A DNA stretch of 64,000 nucleotides, from NCBI GenBank assembly GCA_017535325.1, contig JAFXUC010000133.1:33377-97376 (forward strand), written 5' to 3'. Below, piece after piece: positions 28,681 through 37,662 of the stretch. The first letter of the stretch is position 1; each line of letters starts with the position of its first letter. This stretch comes from Bacteroidales bacterium. GTDB taxonomy: Bacteria > Bacteroidota > Bacteroidia > Bacteroidales > UBA3824. The notes beneath the pieces are model-generated. The model saw nothing but the letters and a program-made list of their open reading frames with translations, ran no database searches and was not told the DNA's origin. The position numbers and the translations under genes are program-made.

Positions 28681-28788
28681 CACTCAGTAGTAATCTTTGG
28701 TAAAAAGATTTTACGCTCAGTAGTAATTTAGAACAAAAAGATTTTACGCTCAGTAGTAATTTGGGGCAAAAAGATTTTACGCTCAGTG
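28681..28788. repeat. 3.3 copies of a 33-bp tandem repeat with a variable 7-8 nt core
   Basis: CRCTCAGTAGTAAT-[CTTTGGTA/TTAGAACA/TTGGGGCA]-AAAAGATTTTA x3, plus a partial CGCTCAGTG. Confidence 0.9.
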
Positions 28789-28938
28789 TTTTTTATATGA
28801 TTATGACACGTTATTTTTGGAATATTTTTACGGGCAAAATTTTGCATGAAATCGAAGTTTTAGCAAGAAATTTCGGTTTTATTGTTGATTATAAAAAGTT
28901 TGCGGAAAGAAGAACATGAAAGAATGGATATAATAATT

Positions 28939-28975
28939 ACAGGGGTTAATGTTTCTGACGAAACAACACCCCTGT
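28939..28975 (-). terminator. Hairpin downstream of the vWA gene
   Basis: ACAGGGGT (28939-28946) pairs with ACCCCTGT (28968-28975), with a 21-nt loop. The U-tract is weak. Confidence 0.35.
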
Positions 28976-29006
28976 GTGTTATGATGCAAGCAACATATAA
29001 AAAATA

Positions 29007-29870
29007 TTACAACATGTGCGGCGGCTGGTAATTGTCTTTGTCCGTTGAACCAGAAGCACTTGCAATGCCGCTGTTTTGTTTTTTGTAATGTTCAACGGCA
29101 AGGCGTGCTATCATGTTGGAAATATTCGTGTCAGTGTTAGCCTCAACACTGATGAAATGGTCGCCTAAAAGGTTTTCCCAACAAGTTTTAACCTCTTTCA
29201 TCTGACCCGCCCAGTCAAGAATATTGATGTGGTAAATTTCCCATTTTTGCTGAGCCTCTTTGATGATTTCTTCCGAAGTCATATCTTTTTCAGCACCGCC
29301 GAAAATATTTTTCAACGCTGATTTGGGATAATCACTGTGGTTAGGCTCGTCGCCGATTGTGATTAAAAGACCTTTTTTGCCGCGCTTGTTGATGGCGTCG
29401 CAAGAGGTATGCCGCGCCGCAAAATAGTATACAAGCGATGTGCTTTCGCCGCCGTTGCCGCCGCCGCCACCTTCTAAATAAACGGCTGTCAGCCATTTTT
29501 CGATGAGTTCGTCGCTGGCTTCAAACTGTCCCGCCTGAAACGGAAAATCATCGCATTTATGGTCGCCGTATGCCGTAAAACAAAGTTGCGGACAAGGCAC
29601 GCCTTCGTCCAAAAGTTTTTTCATCACTTCCGGCAAATCGTTTTTGATAAGACTTTCCGGAACGTGTCCCATACTGCCGGTAACGTCAAGACCGATGATA
29701 ATAGGCAGTGTGTCAGGGTGTTCGTCGGTTTCGCAACATTCGCGTACCACATTTTTAGGATCCATTTTTGAATCCATTGTGCGGTTGACAAAAATTTCTT
29801 CACGGCTGACTGCGGCATAACTTACCGAGCGCATTCTCGCCGTATCGTATGAATAACGTCCTGCTCCCAT
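29007..29870 (-). CDS. von Willebrand factor A (vWA) domain protein, unknown role
   Basis: 287 aa. MIDAS-like IIIGLDVTGSMG, a poly-Gly loop GGGGGNGGES and ITIGDEP are typical of the vWA fold. Confidence 0.75.
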   Translation of the reverse strand: MGAGRYSYDTARMRSVSYAAVSREEIFVNRTMDSKMDPKNVVRECCETDEHPDTLPIIIGLDVTGSMGHVPESLIKNDLPEVMKKLLDEGVPCPQLCFTAYGDHKCDDFPFQAGQFEASDELIEKWLTAVYLEGGGGGNGGESTSLVYYFAARHTSCDAINKRGKKGLLITIGDEPNHSDYPKSALKNIFGGAEKDMTSEEIIKEAQQKWEIYHINILDWAGQMKEVKTCWENLLGDHFISVEANTDTNISNMIARLAVEHYKKQNSGIASASGSTDKDNYQPPHML

Positions 29871-29872
29871 AA

Positions 29873-30253
29873 TTACTGAATTTTAGAAGTCCAACTTGGT
29901 ATTAATTCTTTGATTTTGTCCGCCTCCGGATATTTTCCGAAAAGATATTCGTAACGGTCAACCACTATTTCAAGGATTATCAACTCGTTGCGTTTGTCAA
30001 CCCCGATTTGAATGTCCTTCTCCTTAAAGGCTGTCGGATTGAAATCACTCGGCACAACCTGTGTGCTTGTAACGTTTGAAGGGCAAAGGTCAAGAATGAG
30101 GTTTTCCCTTTGACGGTCGTACTGACGGATTCTGCGGCAGCGGTCTTCGATGTCGCGGCGGTATTCAATTTCGGTATCTTCGGCGATACCCTCGGCTCTG
30201 TCTTCACGTATTTGACGGAAAGAGGCCGTTAAGTTGTCTTTGAATTTTCCCAT
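29873..30253 (-). CDS. Small charged (Arg/Asp/Glu-rich, probably coiled-coil) protein, unknown function
   Basis: 126 aa. Its stop is 2 nt from the vWA ATG, indicating translational coupling. I recognise no motif. Confidence 0.55.
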   Translation of the reverse strand: MGKFKDNLTASFRQIREDRAEGIAEDTEIEYRRDIEDRCRRIRQYDRQRENLILDLCPSNVTSTQVVPSDFNPTAFKEKDIQIGVDKRNELIILEIVVDRYEYLFGKYPEADKIKELIPSWTSKIQ

Positions 30254-30290
30254 TTTCTATTAGGTTTTATTTTAAAAAAATAAGTTATGC

Positions 30291-30298
30291 CAAAGGTA
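30291..30298 (-). promoter_or_regulatory. -7 box TACCTTTG (minus strand)
   Basis: The plus strand reads CAAAGGTA, about 37 nt upstream of the ATG at 30253. Confidence 0.4.
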
Positions 30299-30397
30299 GA
30301 ATTATTTTTTGTCTCCGGCAAATTTTTTAGATAAAAAAATATGAAAAATGTTACATAGTGTTAACATCATCTTAAAATATCTTTTGAAAAATATACA

Positions 30398-30405
30398 TAC
30401 ATTTG
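30398..30405 (+). promoter_or_regulatory. -7 box TACATTTG
   Basis: TAnnTTTG, 36 nt upstream of the ATG at 30442. Confidence 0.4.
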
Positions 30406-30441
30406 CGCACTCACGGCAAGTGGGTTGTTTTATGCAAAGTT

Positions 30442-31710
30442 ATGAAGGTTGTATTGGTGTCCACTTCCGACCGTAACGGCGGAGCGGCAATAGCGTGTTA
30501 CCGTATATATCAGGCTCTTAAAAAAAACGGAGTCGAAGTTTCGATGCTCGTCAGAGACAAGGTTTCTGACGACAGGGACGTTTCTACGATTAATTCAAAT
30601 ATTTTCATAAAGTTTTTTAACTTTATGAGTTTTTGTATAGAAAGATTTTGCATACTTTTCCGTCTCGGTTTTAAGAAGAAACATCTTTTTCAGGTTTCTT
30701 TTGACAATTTCGGGGCGATGAATCTTCTGAAAAATCCTTTAATCGAAGAAGCCGACGTTATAAATTTTCACTGGACAAGTCAGGGTATGCTTTCGCTTTC
30801 GCAGTTGGAGGAACTTCTCAAAAAAAACAAGCGTATCGTTTTTACGATGCACGACATGCACTATTTTACGGGTATTTGTCATTATGCCCGCAAATGCGAC
30901 AATTTTGAGACCGGCTGCGGCAACTGTCTTTTCTTGAACGGCGGCAAAAAGGAAGACGATTTTTCGCGCCGCTGGTTTAAGCGCAAACAAAAAATCGACC
31001 GCCGTCAAAACCTTATTTTCGTGGCGTGCAGTAACTGGCTGAGAGACACGGCAAAAACTTCGTTGATGTTTGAGAAAAACAAAGTATTTTCAGTGCCGAA
31101 TCCCATTAACACCGACGTTTTCCGCCCGTATGACAAGGCAAAAGCGCGTCAGAAATTCAACCTTACAAAAAAATACGTCATACTTTTCGGCGCGGCAAAT
31201 TTTACCGACAAGCGCAAAGGTCTTAAATATCTGCTTGAAGCACTGAGACTTATTCATATAAAATACACCGAGTTTGACGATGATATTCAACTTTTGGTTT
31301 TCGGCGAAGGCGACGAGACGATGATGAGACAGTTTCCGTACAGTTACAAAACTGCCGGTTATATCAAAGACGAAAAAGATTTGGCAGTGCTTTACAGTGC
31401 GGCAAACATTTTCGTAACGCCGAGTCTTGACGACAACCTTCCGAATACCGTCATGGAGGCTCTTTCGTGCGGAGTGCCGTGCGCCGCTTTCAACACGGGC
31501 GGTCTGCCGCAACTTATCGACCACAATGTCAACGGTTATCTCGCCGCGCTGCAAAATTCCAAGGATTTGGCAGAGGGAATTTTCAAAATCATAACCTCCG
31601 AAAACTACACAACTTTCTGCCGCAATGCAAGAAGCAAAGTCGAAAACAGTTTTTCAGAGCCGGTAATCTCAATGATGTACAACGAAATTTACAGAGAGGC
31701 GGCGATATAA
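30442..31710 (+). CDS. GT-B glycosyltransferase (Glycos_transf_1 / GT4-like)
   Basis: MKVVLVSTSDRNGGAAIA N-terminus and C-terminal NTVMEALSCGVPCAAFNTGGLPQLI. The ATG at 30442 is preferred. Confidence 0.85.
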   Translation: MKVVLVSTSDRNGGAAIACYRIYQALKKNGVEVSMLVRDKVSDDRDVSTINSNIFIKFFNFMSFCIERFCILFRLGFKKKHLFQVSFDNFGAMNLLKNPLIEEADVINFHWTSQGMLSLSQLEELLKKNKRIVFTMHDMHYFTGICHYARKCDNFETGCGNCLFLNGGKKEDDFSRRWFKRKQKIDRRQNLIFVACSNWLRDTAKTSLMFEKNKVFSVPNPINTDVFRPYDKAKARQKFNLTKKYVILFGAANFTDKRKGLKYLLEALRLIHIKYTEFDDDIQLLVFGEGDETMMRQFPYSYKTAGYIKDEKDLAVLYSAANIFVTPSLDDNLPNTVMEALSCGVPCAAFNTGGLPQLIDHNVNGYLAALQNSKDLAEGIFKIITSENYTTFCRNARSKVENSFSEPVISMMYNEIYREAAI

Positions 31711-31785
31711 ATAAAAAATCACTCTTTTTAGTATCGGATTTGCAAAATTTTTGGTAATTTTACGGCGGAACCTTATTCTGAAATT

Positions 31786-34638
31786 ATGAGAATTTTTTAT
31801 GCTTTTTTCTTGCTAATTTTTTTGCCGTTGGGAAGTTTTGCCCAAACCGGAGACCGTCTGCCCGAAGACAAAAACGTCAGAAAGGGCATACTTGAAAACG
31901 GACTTACATATTATATCCGTCATAACGAAAACCCTAAAAACCAGGCGAGTTTTTATCTCGCCCAAAAAGTCGGCTCGTTGCAGGAGGAGGAGTCGGAGAG
32001 GGGACTCGCACATCTGCTCGAACACATGGCTTTCAACGGCTCGGAGCATTTTCCGGGCGACAGAATGATTACTTTTCTCGAAGAAAACGGTATTAAATAC
32101 GGCTCTGAACTTAATGCAAGCACGTCTTTTGACGAAACGGTTTATTATATCGACAATGCCCCCGTCGGCAAAAACGCTTCTCTGCTTGATTCCTGTATTC
32201 AGATTGTGGCAGACTGGACGGGCGGCGTATCTTTGCTCGACGACGAAATAGACAAGGAGCGCGGCGTGGTAAAAAGCGAATATATCGCAAGAAATTCAGC
32301 GGTAATGCGTCAGTACGACTCGCTTTTGCCGGTGGTCTTGAACGGCTCAAAATATGCAAAGCGTATTCCTATCGGTTTGATGTCCGTTGTTGAAAACTGT
32401 CCTTACGAAAAGTTGAGGGAATATTATAAAAAATGGTATCACCCTTCTTTTCAGGGAGTTATAATTGTCGGCGATGTGGACGTTGACCAAATTGAGAAAA
32501 AAGTCATCGAAAAATTTTCAAAATATAAAAACCCTGAAAACGAACTTCCTTTGGTCGCATACGGTTGTCCTTTCAACAAAACACCGATATTTGCCGCGGC
32601 CAAGGACAAGGAACAGAGCCGATTCTCTATTTATGTTTATTTCAAGTTTGAGCAATTCCCTGACAATAAGAAAGGAGGCTACGAGTATTTAAAGTATTTG
32701 TTGAAATGCGAAATGATTGCCCAGATGATTTCTTCCCGTCTTAAAGACATAACGTGCAGTATACGGTCGCCGTTTTTTACCTCCTCATGCAAACTCAGCA
32801 ATTATATTTTTTCAAAAAATACCGGCGGACTTGCTTTTATCGGCACGGCAAAGCAGGGCGTGGAAAGAGACTGTTACAAACTTTTGCTGAGAGAGGCTTT
32901 GAGGATTAAGAAATACGGTTTTCTTTCAACGGAATTGGAAAGGGTGAAAAAAGACATTCTTCTTAATTACAAAAAAGTTTACGACAACCGTCAAAACCTC
33001 AAAAACACCGACTACGTAAAACTCTGTCTTAGAAATTTTCTTGACAAAGAGGCTCTTCTTTCGCCCGAAGACAAATTCCGTTTTGTGCAGGAAGTTCTTA
33101 ACGAGACCTCGGTTGACGACGTCAACTTTTTGATTAATAATATTATAACTGACAACGGAGAAAATCTTGTCGCCTTCAACTTTTCGCCGGAGAAAGCAGG
33201 TCAGTTTTATATGACCGAAGATATTTACAAAGAGGCGACCAAAGAGGTTTTCAAGGAAAAAATCAAGCCTTATAAAGATGTTATCGTTAACAAAACGCTG
33301 CTCAAAACCAATCCCGTGGAGGGTATTGTTGAAAGCGAAAAAGAAGACACGGTTTTCGGCGTGAAAGTTTTAAGGCTCGGCAACGGCGCAAAAGTTGTGC
33401 TTAAACAGACAGATTTCAAAACCGACGAAATTCTTTTCTGCGGTTTTTCTTTCGGCGGCACGTCCCTTAACTCAGAGACAGAGGCTTACAATTTCCGTTA
33501 CGAGGACAAAATTATGACAAGTATCGGTCTTAACAAGTTTTCGCTCAGGGAGTTGAACAAACTCCGCACCGGCAGACCGATAACTTTGGACATTTCGGTC
33601 AACAACGAGTCTGAAAGCATATCGGGAAGTTGTATTCCGGCGGATTTGGATTTTTTCCTTCAAAACGTTTATTGCAGTTTTACTTCCGGCGGCTCCAACG
33701 AGGAGGATTTTGAACTTTTCAAGCAGACGCTCCGGCAGAGTCTTTTGAGCGAAAAGTTTAAGCCGCAGTCCGTTTTTGAGGATACAATCCACTTTTTCCA
33801 GTATTTTGACAATCCGAGAATTGCGCGTTTTGAACCGGCTGACGTTGACAAGATAAACTTAAAAAGCGTTATCAAAAATTATAAGACGCGGTTTTCTGAC
33901 GCTTCGGGTTTTACGTTTTTCTTTATCGGCAATTTCGACGAAAAAACGCTTAAACCTTTGATTTGTAAATATTTGGCGTCGCTGCCCTCAAAGGCTTCTG
34001 CTCCGCAGGGGTTTGCAAAAGGCAAAGTGCATTATAATACGGCGGATATTGATTTTAAGTTTTATCAGCCGATGCAGTCGCCGGAGAGTTGTGTTTCGGT
34101 GCATTACTTAAACGACGGCGTGTTCAGTTACAATCTCAAAACATTACTGAAATTCAACGCTTTGACGCAAATTGTTACCTCCGCCATGCACAAGCGTATA
34201 CGCGAGGAGTTGTCAATCGCTTATACTACAAAGTGTCTTCTGAAATTTTTACATTCAGAGGAAGAGGGTTTTGCCCTGACGGAGATGAAACTGTCGAACC
34301 CCGTGAAACCCGAATACGCCCTTGTCGCCAGAAAAATTATGTCAGGAATTATCGACGATATTCTTGAAAACGGTGTTGAGGAGTCTGCGCTCGCAAAAGT
34401 TAAAGCCTTTATGCTGAAAAAACATCTTCAAGATTTAAAGGACAATGACTACTGGTTTTCGCTTTTGAAGGAGAAATATCTTTATAATACGGATTTGCTT
34501 ACGGATTTTGATGAGGATGTTAAAAGCATGACAAACAGTGATATACAAATACTGCTTGAAGGAATAATTAAAGCGTCCTCCAAGCAGAGTTTTATTATGA
34601 TGCCGCCTTCTGTAAAGCAGAAGACATCGCTTGATTAG
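31786..34638 (+). CDS. M16-family (insulinase/pitrilysin-like) zinc peptidase, secreted
   Basis: 950 aa with a signal peptide and the inverted zinc motif HLLEHMAFNGSEHF (HxxEH). Confidence 0.85.
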   Translation: MRIFYAFFLLIFLPLGSFAQTGDRLPEDKNVRKGILENGLTYYIRHNENPKNQASFYLAQKVGSLQEEESERGLAHLLEHMAFNGSEHFPGDRMITFLEENGIKYGSELNASTSFDETVYYIDNAPVGKNASLLDSCIQIVADWTGGVSLLDDEIDKERGVVKSEYIARNSAVMRQYDSLLPVVLNGSKYAKRIPIGLMSVVENCPYEKLREYYKKWYHPSFQGVIIVGDVDVDQIEKKVIEKFSKYKNPENELPLVAYGCPFNKTPIFAAAKDKEQSRFSIYVYFKFEQFPDNKKGGYEYLKYLLKCEMIAQMISSRLKDITCSIRSPFFTSSCKLSNYIFSKNTGGLAFIGTAKQGVERDCYKLLLREALRIKKYGFLSTELERVKKDILLNYKKVYDNRQNLKNTDYVKLCLRNFLDKEALLSPEDKFRFVQEVLNETSVDDVNFLINNIITDNGENLVAFNFSPEKAGQFYMTEDIYKEATKEVFKEKIKPYKDVIVNKTLLKTNPVEGIVESEKEDTVFGVKVLRLGNGAKVVLKQTDFKTDEILFCGFSFGGTSLNSETEAYNFRYEDKIMTSIGLNKFSLRELNKLRTGRPITLDISVNNESESISGSCIPADLDFFLQNVYCSFTSGGSNEEDFELFKQTLRQSLLSEKFKPQSVFEDTIHFFQYFDNPRIARFEPADVDKINLKSVIKNYKTRFSDASGFTFFFIGNFDEKTLKPLICKYLASLPSKASAPQGFAKGKVHYNTADIDFKFYQPMQSPESCVSVHYLNDGVFSYNLKTLLKFNALTQIVTSAMHKRIREELSIAYTTKCLLKFLHSEEEGFALTEMKLSNPVKPEYALVARKIMSGIIDDILENGVEESALAKVKAFMLKKHLQDLKDNDYWFSLLKEKYLYNTDLLTDFDEDVKSMTNSDIQILLEGIIKASSKQSFIMMPPSVKQKTSLD

Positions 34639-35261
34639 TCAACAAAAGTATTGTCTTCGCCGTTTTGCGGGTCTGCCGACGGTGTTGTCATTGCCGAGCC
34701 TTTGTAACGGTTTACCCATTCGGGGTTTTCCATGCACGCCAACAGCATAAAGCATTTGTCGCCGTAACAGATACTGCTTAGCCTTTCAATGCCGAACTGT
34801 TTTAAAATCGCAAACTGCTGAGGGCTCGGAAGTTCGGGGTATTCGTCGTTGTTTGACCAGCCCGGCTCGTGCTGAACCTGCGTAAAATACGGGTATTCCT
34901 TGTATCTCAACATCCAGAGTTTTGAGACAATGTTGTAATCTTTTACGCCGAAATTTCTGAAAAAATCGTCTTTCGAGGGATTTGCCGCGCTTCTTTCCCT
35001 TCCGGCAGCCCTGTTGACAAAGCCGTCCATGGAGAGTTGTGTGTATTTCATAGTGCTGTCGTCGTTGATGTGAATTTCGTAAAACCTCACCAAATCGTTG
35101 CTGCCGGGCAGTAAGACAAAACCGAAAAAGTCCCTGAGCGGATCGGGACTGTTGTCGTCGTCGCCGAAAGTCGCGAAACCGCCGTCGTCTTCGCCCTCGT
35201 ATTGAGCAAAACCGTTAAAACATATACCGAGACACACTATTAATAATAATATTTTTTTCAT
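34635..35261 (-). CDS. Secreted hypothetical protein
   Basis: Signal peptide MKKILLLIVCLGICFNGFAQ with GGAGA 6 nt upstream of the ATG at 35261. The longer track ORF would overlap ahcY. Its stop overlaps the M16 gene stop (TTAG). Confidence 0.6.
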   Translation of the reverse strand: MKKILLLIVCLGICFNGFAQYEGEDDGGFATFGDDDNSPDPLRDFFGFVLLPGSNDLVRFYEIHINDDSTMKYTQLSMDGFVNRAAGRERSAANPSKDDFFRNFGVKDYNIVSKLWMLRYKEYPYFTQVQHEPGWSNNDEYPELPSPQQFAILKQFGIERLSSICYGDKCFMLLACMENPEWVNRYKGSAMTTPSADPQNGEDNTFVD

Positions 35262-35388
35262 GATTTTCTCCTTTTTTTTAATAACTAACGTAAAACCTCT
35301 GCCGATTATTATAAAAAAGAATCCGTCTTTGGGACAAGTCCCGAAAGGCGGATTCGTGTATAGCAGGCAATAAATAAAAAACTTGTTT

Positions 35389-36804
35389 TTAATAGCGGTA
35401 ATGTTCGGCTTTGTAAGGACCGTCAACGTTAACGCCAATATAATCGGCCTGAGCCTTTGTGAGTTTCGTAAGTTTTGCGCCGAGTTTGTCCAAATGAAGT
35501 CTTGCAACCTCTTCGTCCAAATATTTCGGCAGACGGTAAACGCCAATCTCGTATTTCTTCTGCCACAAATCGAGTTGTGCAAGTGTCTGGTTTGTAAACG
35601 AGTTGCTCATCACAAAAGACGGGTGTCCGGTTGCGCAGCCGAGGTTTACAAGCCTTCCTTCCGCCAAAACGACAATCGAATGTCCGTCGGGGAAATAATA
35701 CTGGTCTACCTGCGGCTTGATGTTCACCTTTTTAATACCGCTGACTTTTTCCAAATCAGCCATCATGATTTCGTTGTCAAAATGTCCGATGTTGCAGACG
35801 ATGGCTTTGTCTTTCATTTTTGACATGTGGTCTGCCGTGATGATGTCGCGGTTGCCCGTGCAGGTAACATAAATGTCGCCGAAGGGGAGCGCGTCTTCAA
35901 CGGTCGTAACCTCAAAACCTTCCATGCAGGCTTGAAGCGCGCAAATCGGGTCGATTTCCGTTACCAAAACCCTTGCGCCGAAACCGCGCATGCTTTTTGC
36001 GCAGCCTTTGCCGACATCGCCGTAACCGCAGACAACTACAACTTTGCCTGCAATCATAATGTCGGTTGCGCGTTTGATGCCGTCAGCCAGAGATTCGCGG
36101 CAGCCGTAAAGATTGTCGAATTTTGATTTTGTTACCGAATCGTTTACGTTGATTGCCGGGAAAAGCAGCGTGCCTTTTTCAAACATCTGGTAAAGACGGT
36201 GAACGCCTGTTGTGGTCTCTTCCGAAACGCCGCGCACGTTTTTAACCATGTTGTGCCATTTGTCTTTGGAAGTTTCAAGACCGAATTTTATGCGCTTGAA
36301 AAGTTCCTTTGCGTCTTCGCCTTCGGGCATAGTGTCGAGGATTGACGGGTTGTTTTCCGCGTCAACGCCGAGATGAAGCATTAAAGTCGCGTCGCCGCCG
36401 TCATCGACAATGAGGTCGGGACCTGCGCCTTCGCCGAAAGTGAGTGCCTGCTCGGTGCACCACCAGTAATCTTCAAGGCTTTCCGCTTTCCACGCAAAAA
36501 CGGGAACGCCGCGCTCTGCAACGGCAGCGGCAGCCTCGTCCTGTGTTGAAAATATATTGCATGAAGCCCAGCGTACTTCTGCGCCGAGGGCGGTTAAAGT
36601 CTCAATCAAAACGGCGGTTTGAACGGTCATGTGCAAACTTCCGGTGATTTTCGCGCCTTTAAGCGGTTTTGAGGCCGAATATTTTTCTCTTAACGCCATC
36701 AAACCGGGCATTTGAGATTCTGCAAGTTCAAGTTTTTTTCTTCCTAATTTTGCCAAAGACATGTCTTTGACCCTGTTGGGAAGTTTAAAATCAATTTTCT
36801 CCAT
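35389..36804 (-). CDS. ahcY: Adenosylhomocysteinase
   Basis: 471 aa. Full-length AhcY pattern including the NAD-binding GYGDVGKG. Confidence 0.95.
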   Translation of the reverse strand: MEKIDFKLPNRVKDMSLAKLGRKKLELAESQMPGLMALREKYSASKPLKGAKITGSLHMTVQTAVLIETLTALGAEVRWASCNIFSTQDEAAAAVAERGVPVFAWKAESLEDYWWCTEQALTFGEGAGPDLIVDDGGDATLMLHLGVDAENNPSILDTMPEGEDAKELFKRIKFGLETSKDKWHNMVKNVRGVSEETTTGVHRLYQMFEKGTLLFPAINVNDSVTKSKFDNLYGCRESLADGIKRATDIMIAGKVVVVCGYGDVGKGCAKSMRGFGARVLVTEIDPICALQACMEGFEVTTVEDALPFGDIYVTCTGNRDIITADHMSKMKDKAIVCNIGHFDNEIMMADLEKVSGIKKVNIKPQVDQYYFPDGHSIVVLAEGRLVNLGCATGHPSFVMSNSFTNQTLAQLDLWQKKYEIGVYRLPKYLDEEVARLHLDKLGAKLTKLTKAQADYIGVNVDGPYKAEHYRY

Positions 36805-36879
36805 TTTTCGTGATAAAAATATTTCGCCAAAGTTCGTAAATAAAAACCGAAAATAAAAATTTTTTCCGAAAATTATTTG

Positions 36880-36887
36880 TAAATTTG
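36880..36887 (+). promoter_or_regulatory. -7 box TAAATTTG (for upp)
   Basis: TAnnTTTG, 44 nt upstream of the upp ATG. Confidence 0.4.
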
Positions 36888-36890
36888 CGG

Positions 36891-36898
36891 CAAAGATA
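36891..36898 (-). promoter_or_regulatory. -7 box TATCTTTG (for ahcY), back-to-back with the upp box
   Basis: The plus strand reads CAAAGATA, about 86 nt upstream of the ahcY ATG. Confidence 0.4.
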
Positions 36899-36931
36899 TT
36901 TTAACAACAGAAAACAGGGAAAATAACTGAT

Positions 36932-37588
36932 ATGAAAATACATTGTTTGGCAGATGAAAACTCCGCAGCCGGCGGTTTTATCGCCCAGATGCGGGACATC
37001 AACGTTCAGAAGGATTCGCTGAGGTTTAGAAACAACATAAAAAGACTCTCTCATATCTTGGCGTATGAAATTTCCAAAACCTTGAATTTCAAAAATATAA
37101 CTGTTACAACTCCGCTTGGAAAGGCTGATTGCAGCGTTGTGTCCGACAAAATAGTGATTGCGAGTGTCCTTCGCGCCGGTCTTCCGATGCACGAGGGCTT
37201 TATTGACATTTTTGACGATGCGGAAAACGCCTTTTTGTCAGAATACCGCGCCTACAATCCCGACGGAAAAACTTTTGAAATCAAGTTTGAGTACATAGCC
37301 TCGCCTGAACTCGACGGCAAGACACTTATTATAGTAGATCCGATGCTTGCGACAGGTTCGAGCGTTCTTGTGGCAATGAACGGCCTTCTGAAAAACGGCA
37401 GACCCTCCCGCATACATTTTGCGTCAATATTTTCGTCCCGTCAGGGTATCGAAACCCTTAAAAACAATATTGAGCCGGATTTGTGCGACATCTGGACGGT
37501 TGTAACTGATCCTGAGTTAAACTCTCACGGATACATAGTTCCGGGTCTCGGCGATGCGGGCGATTTGTGTTACGGAGAAAAAATTTAA
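36932..37588 (+). CDS. upp: Uracil phosphoribosyltransferase
   Basis: 218 aa. PRPP-binding loop LIIVDPMLATGSS and C-terminal YIVPGLGDAGD. Confidence 0.9.
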   Translation: MKIHCLADENSAAGGFIAQMRDINVQKDSLRFRNNIKRLSHILAYEISKTLNFKNITVTTPLGKADCSVVSDKIVIASVLRAGLPMHEGFIDIFDDAENAFLSEYRAYNPDGKTFEIKFEYIASPELDGKTLIIVDPMLATGSSVLVAMNGLLKNGRPSRIHFASIFSSRQGIETLKNNIEPDLCDIWTVVTDPELNSHGYIVPGLGDAGDLCYGEKI

Positions 37589-37635
37589 TAAAAAAATTCT
37601 TTTAAAAAAAATTTTTTTAATCCGATAATTCTATA

Positions 37636-37643
37636 TACTTTTG
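37636..37643 (+). promoter_or_regulatory. -7 box TACTTTTG
   Basis: TAnnTTTG, 19 nt upstream of the ATG at 37663. Confidence 0.45.
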
Positions 37644-37662
37644 CACATTTTAAAATCCGAAA

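Noticed and set aside
28681-28788. The tandem repeat could be a mini CRISPR array.
   Set aside because: The units are 33 bp in total with only about 7-8 variable nt, far too short for spacers. The repeat count is 3.3 and no cas genes or leader are nearby.
28797-28919. A 40-aa plus-strand ORF (MIMTRYFWNIFTGKILHEIEVLARNFGFIVDYKKFAERRT) between the repeat array and the vWA gene.
   Set aside because: It has no recognisable motif, promoter box or SD. It may be another gene fragment in the scar region, but I cannot support it as a gene.
34635-34638. Convergent genes sharing overlapping stop codons (TTAG) with no terminator between them.
   Set aside because: The overlap is real, but it is a trivial consequence of compact gene packing and does not indicate a special mechanism.
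35262-35582. The long version of the 34635-35582 ORF (315 aa).
   Set aside because: Its upstream 107 codons overlap the 3' end of ahcY in another frame. A signal peptide and an SD-like site mark the internal ATG at 35261.
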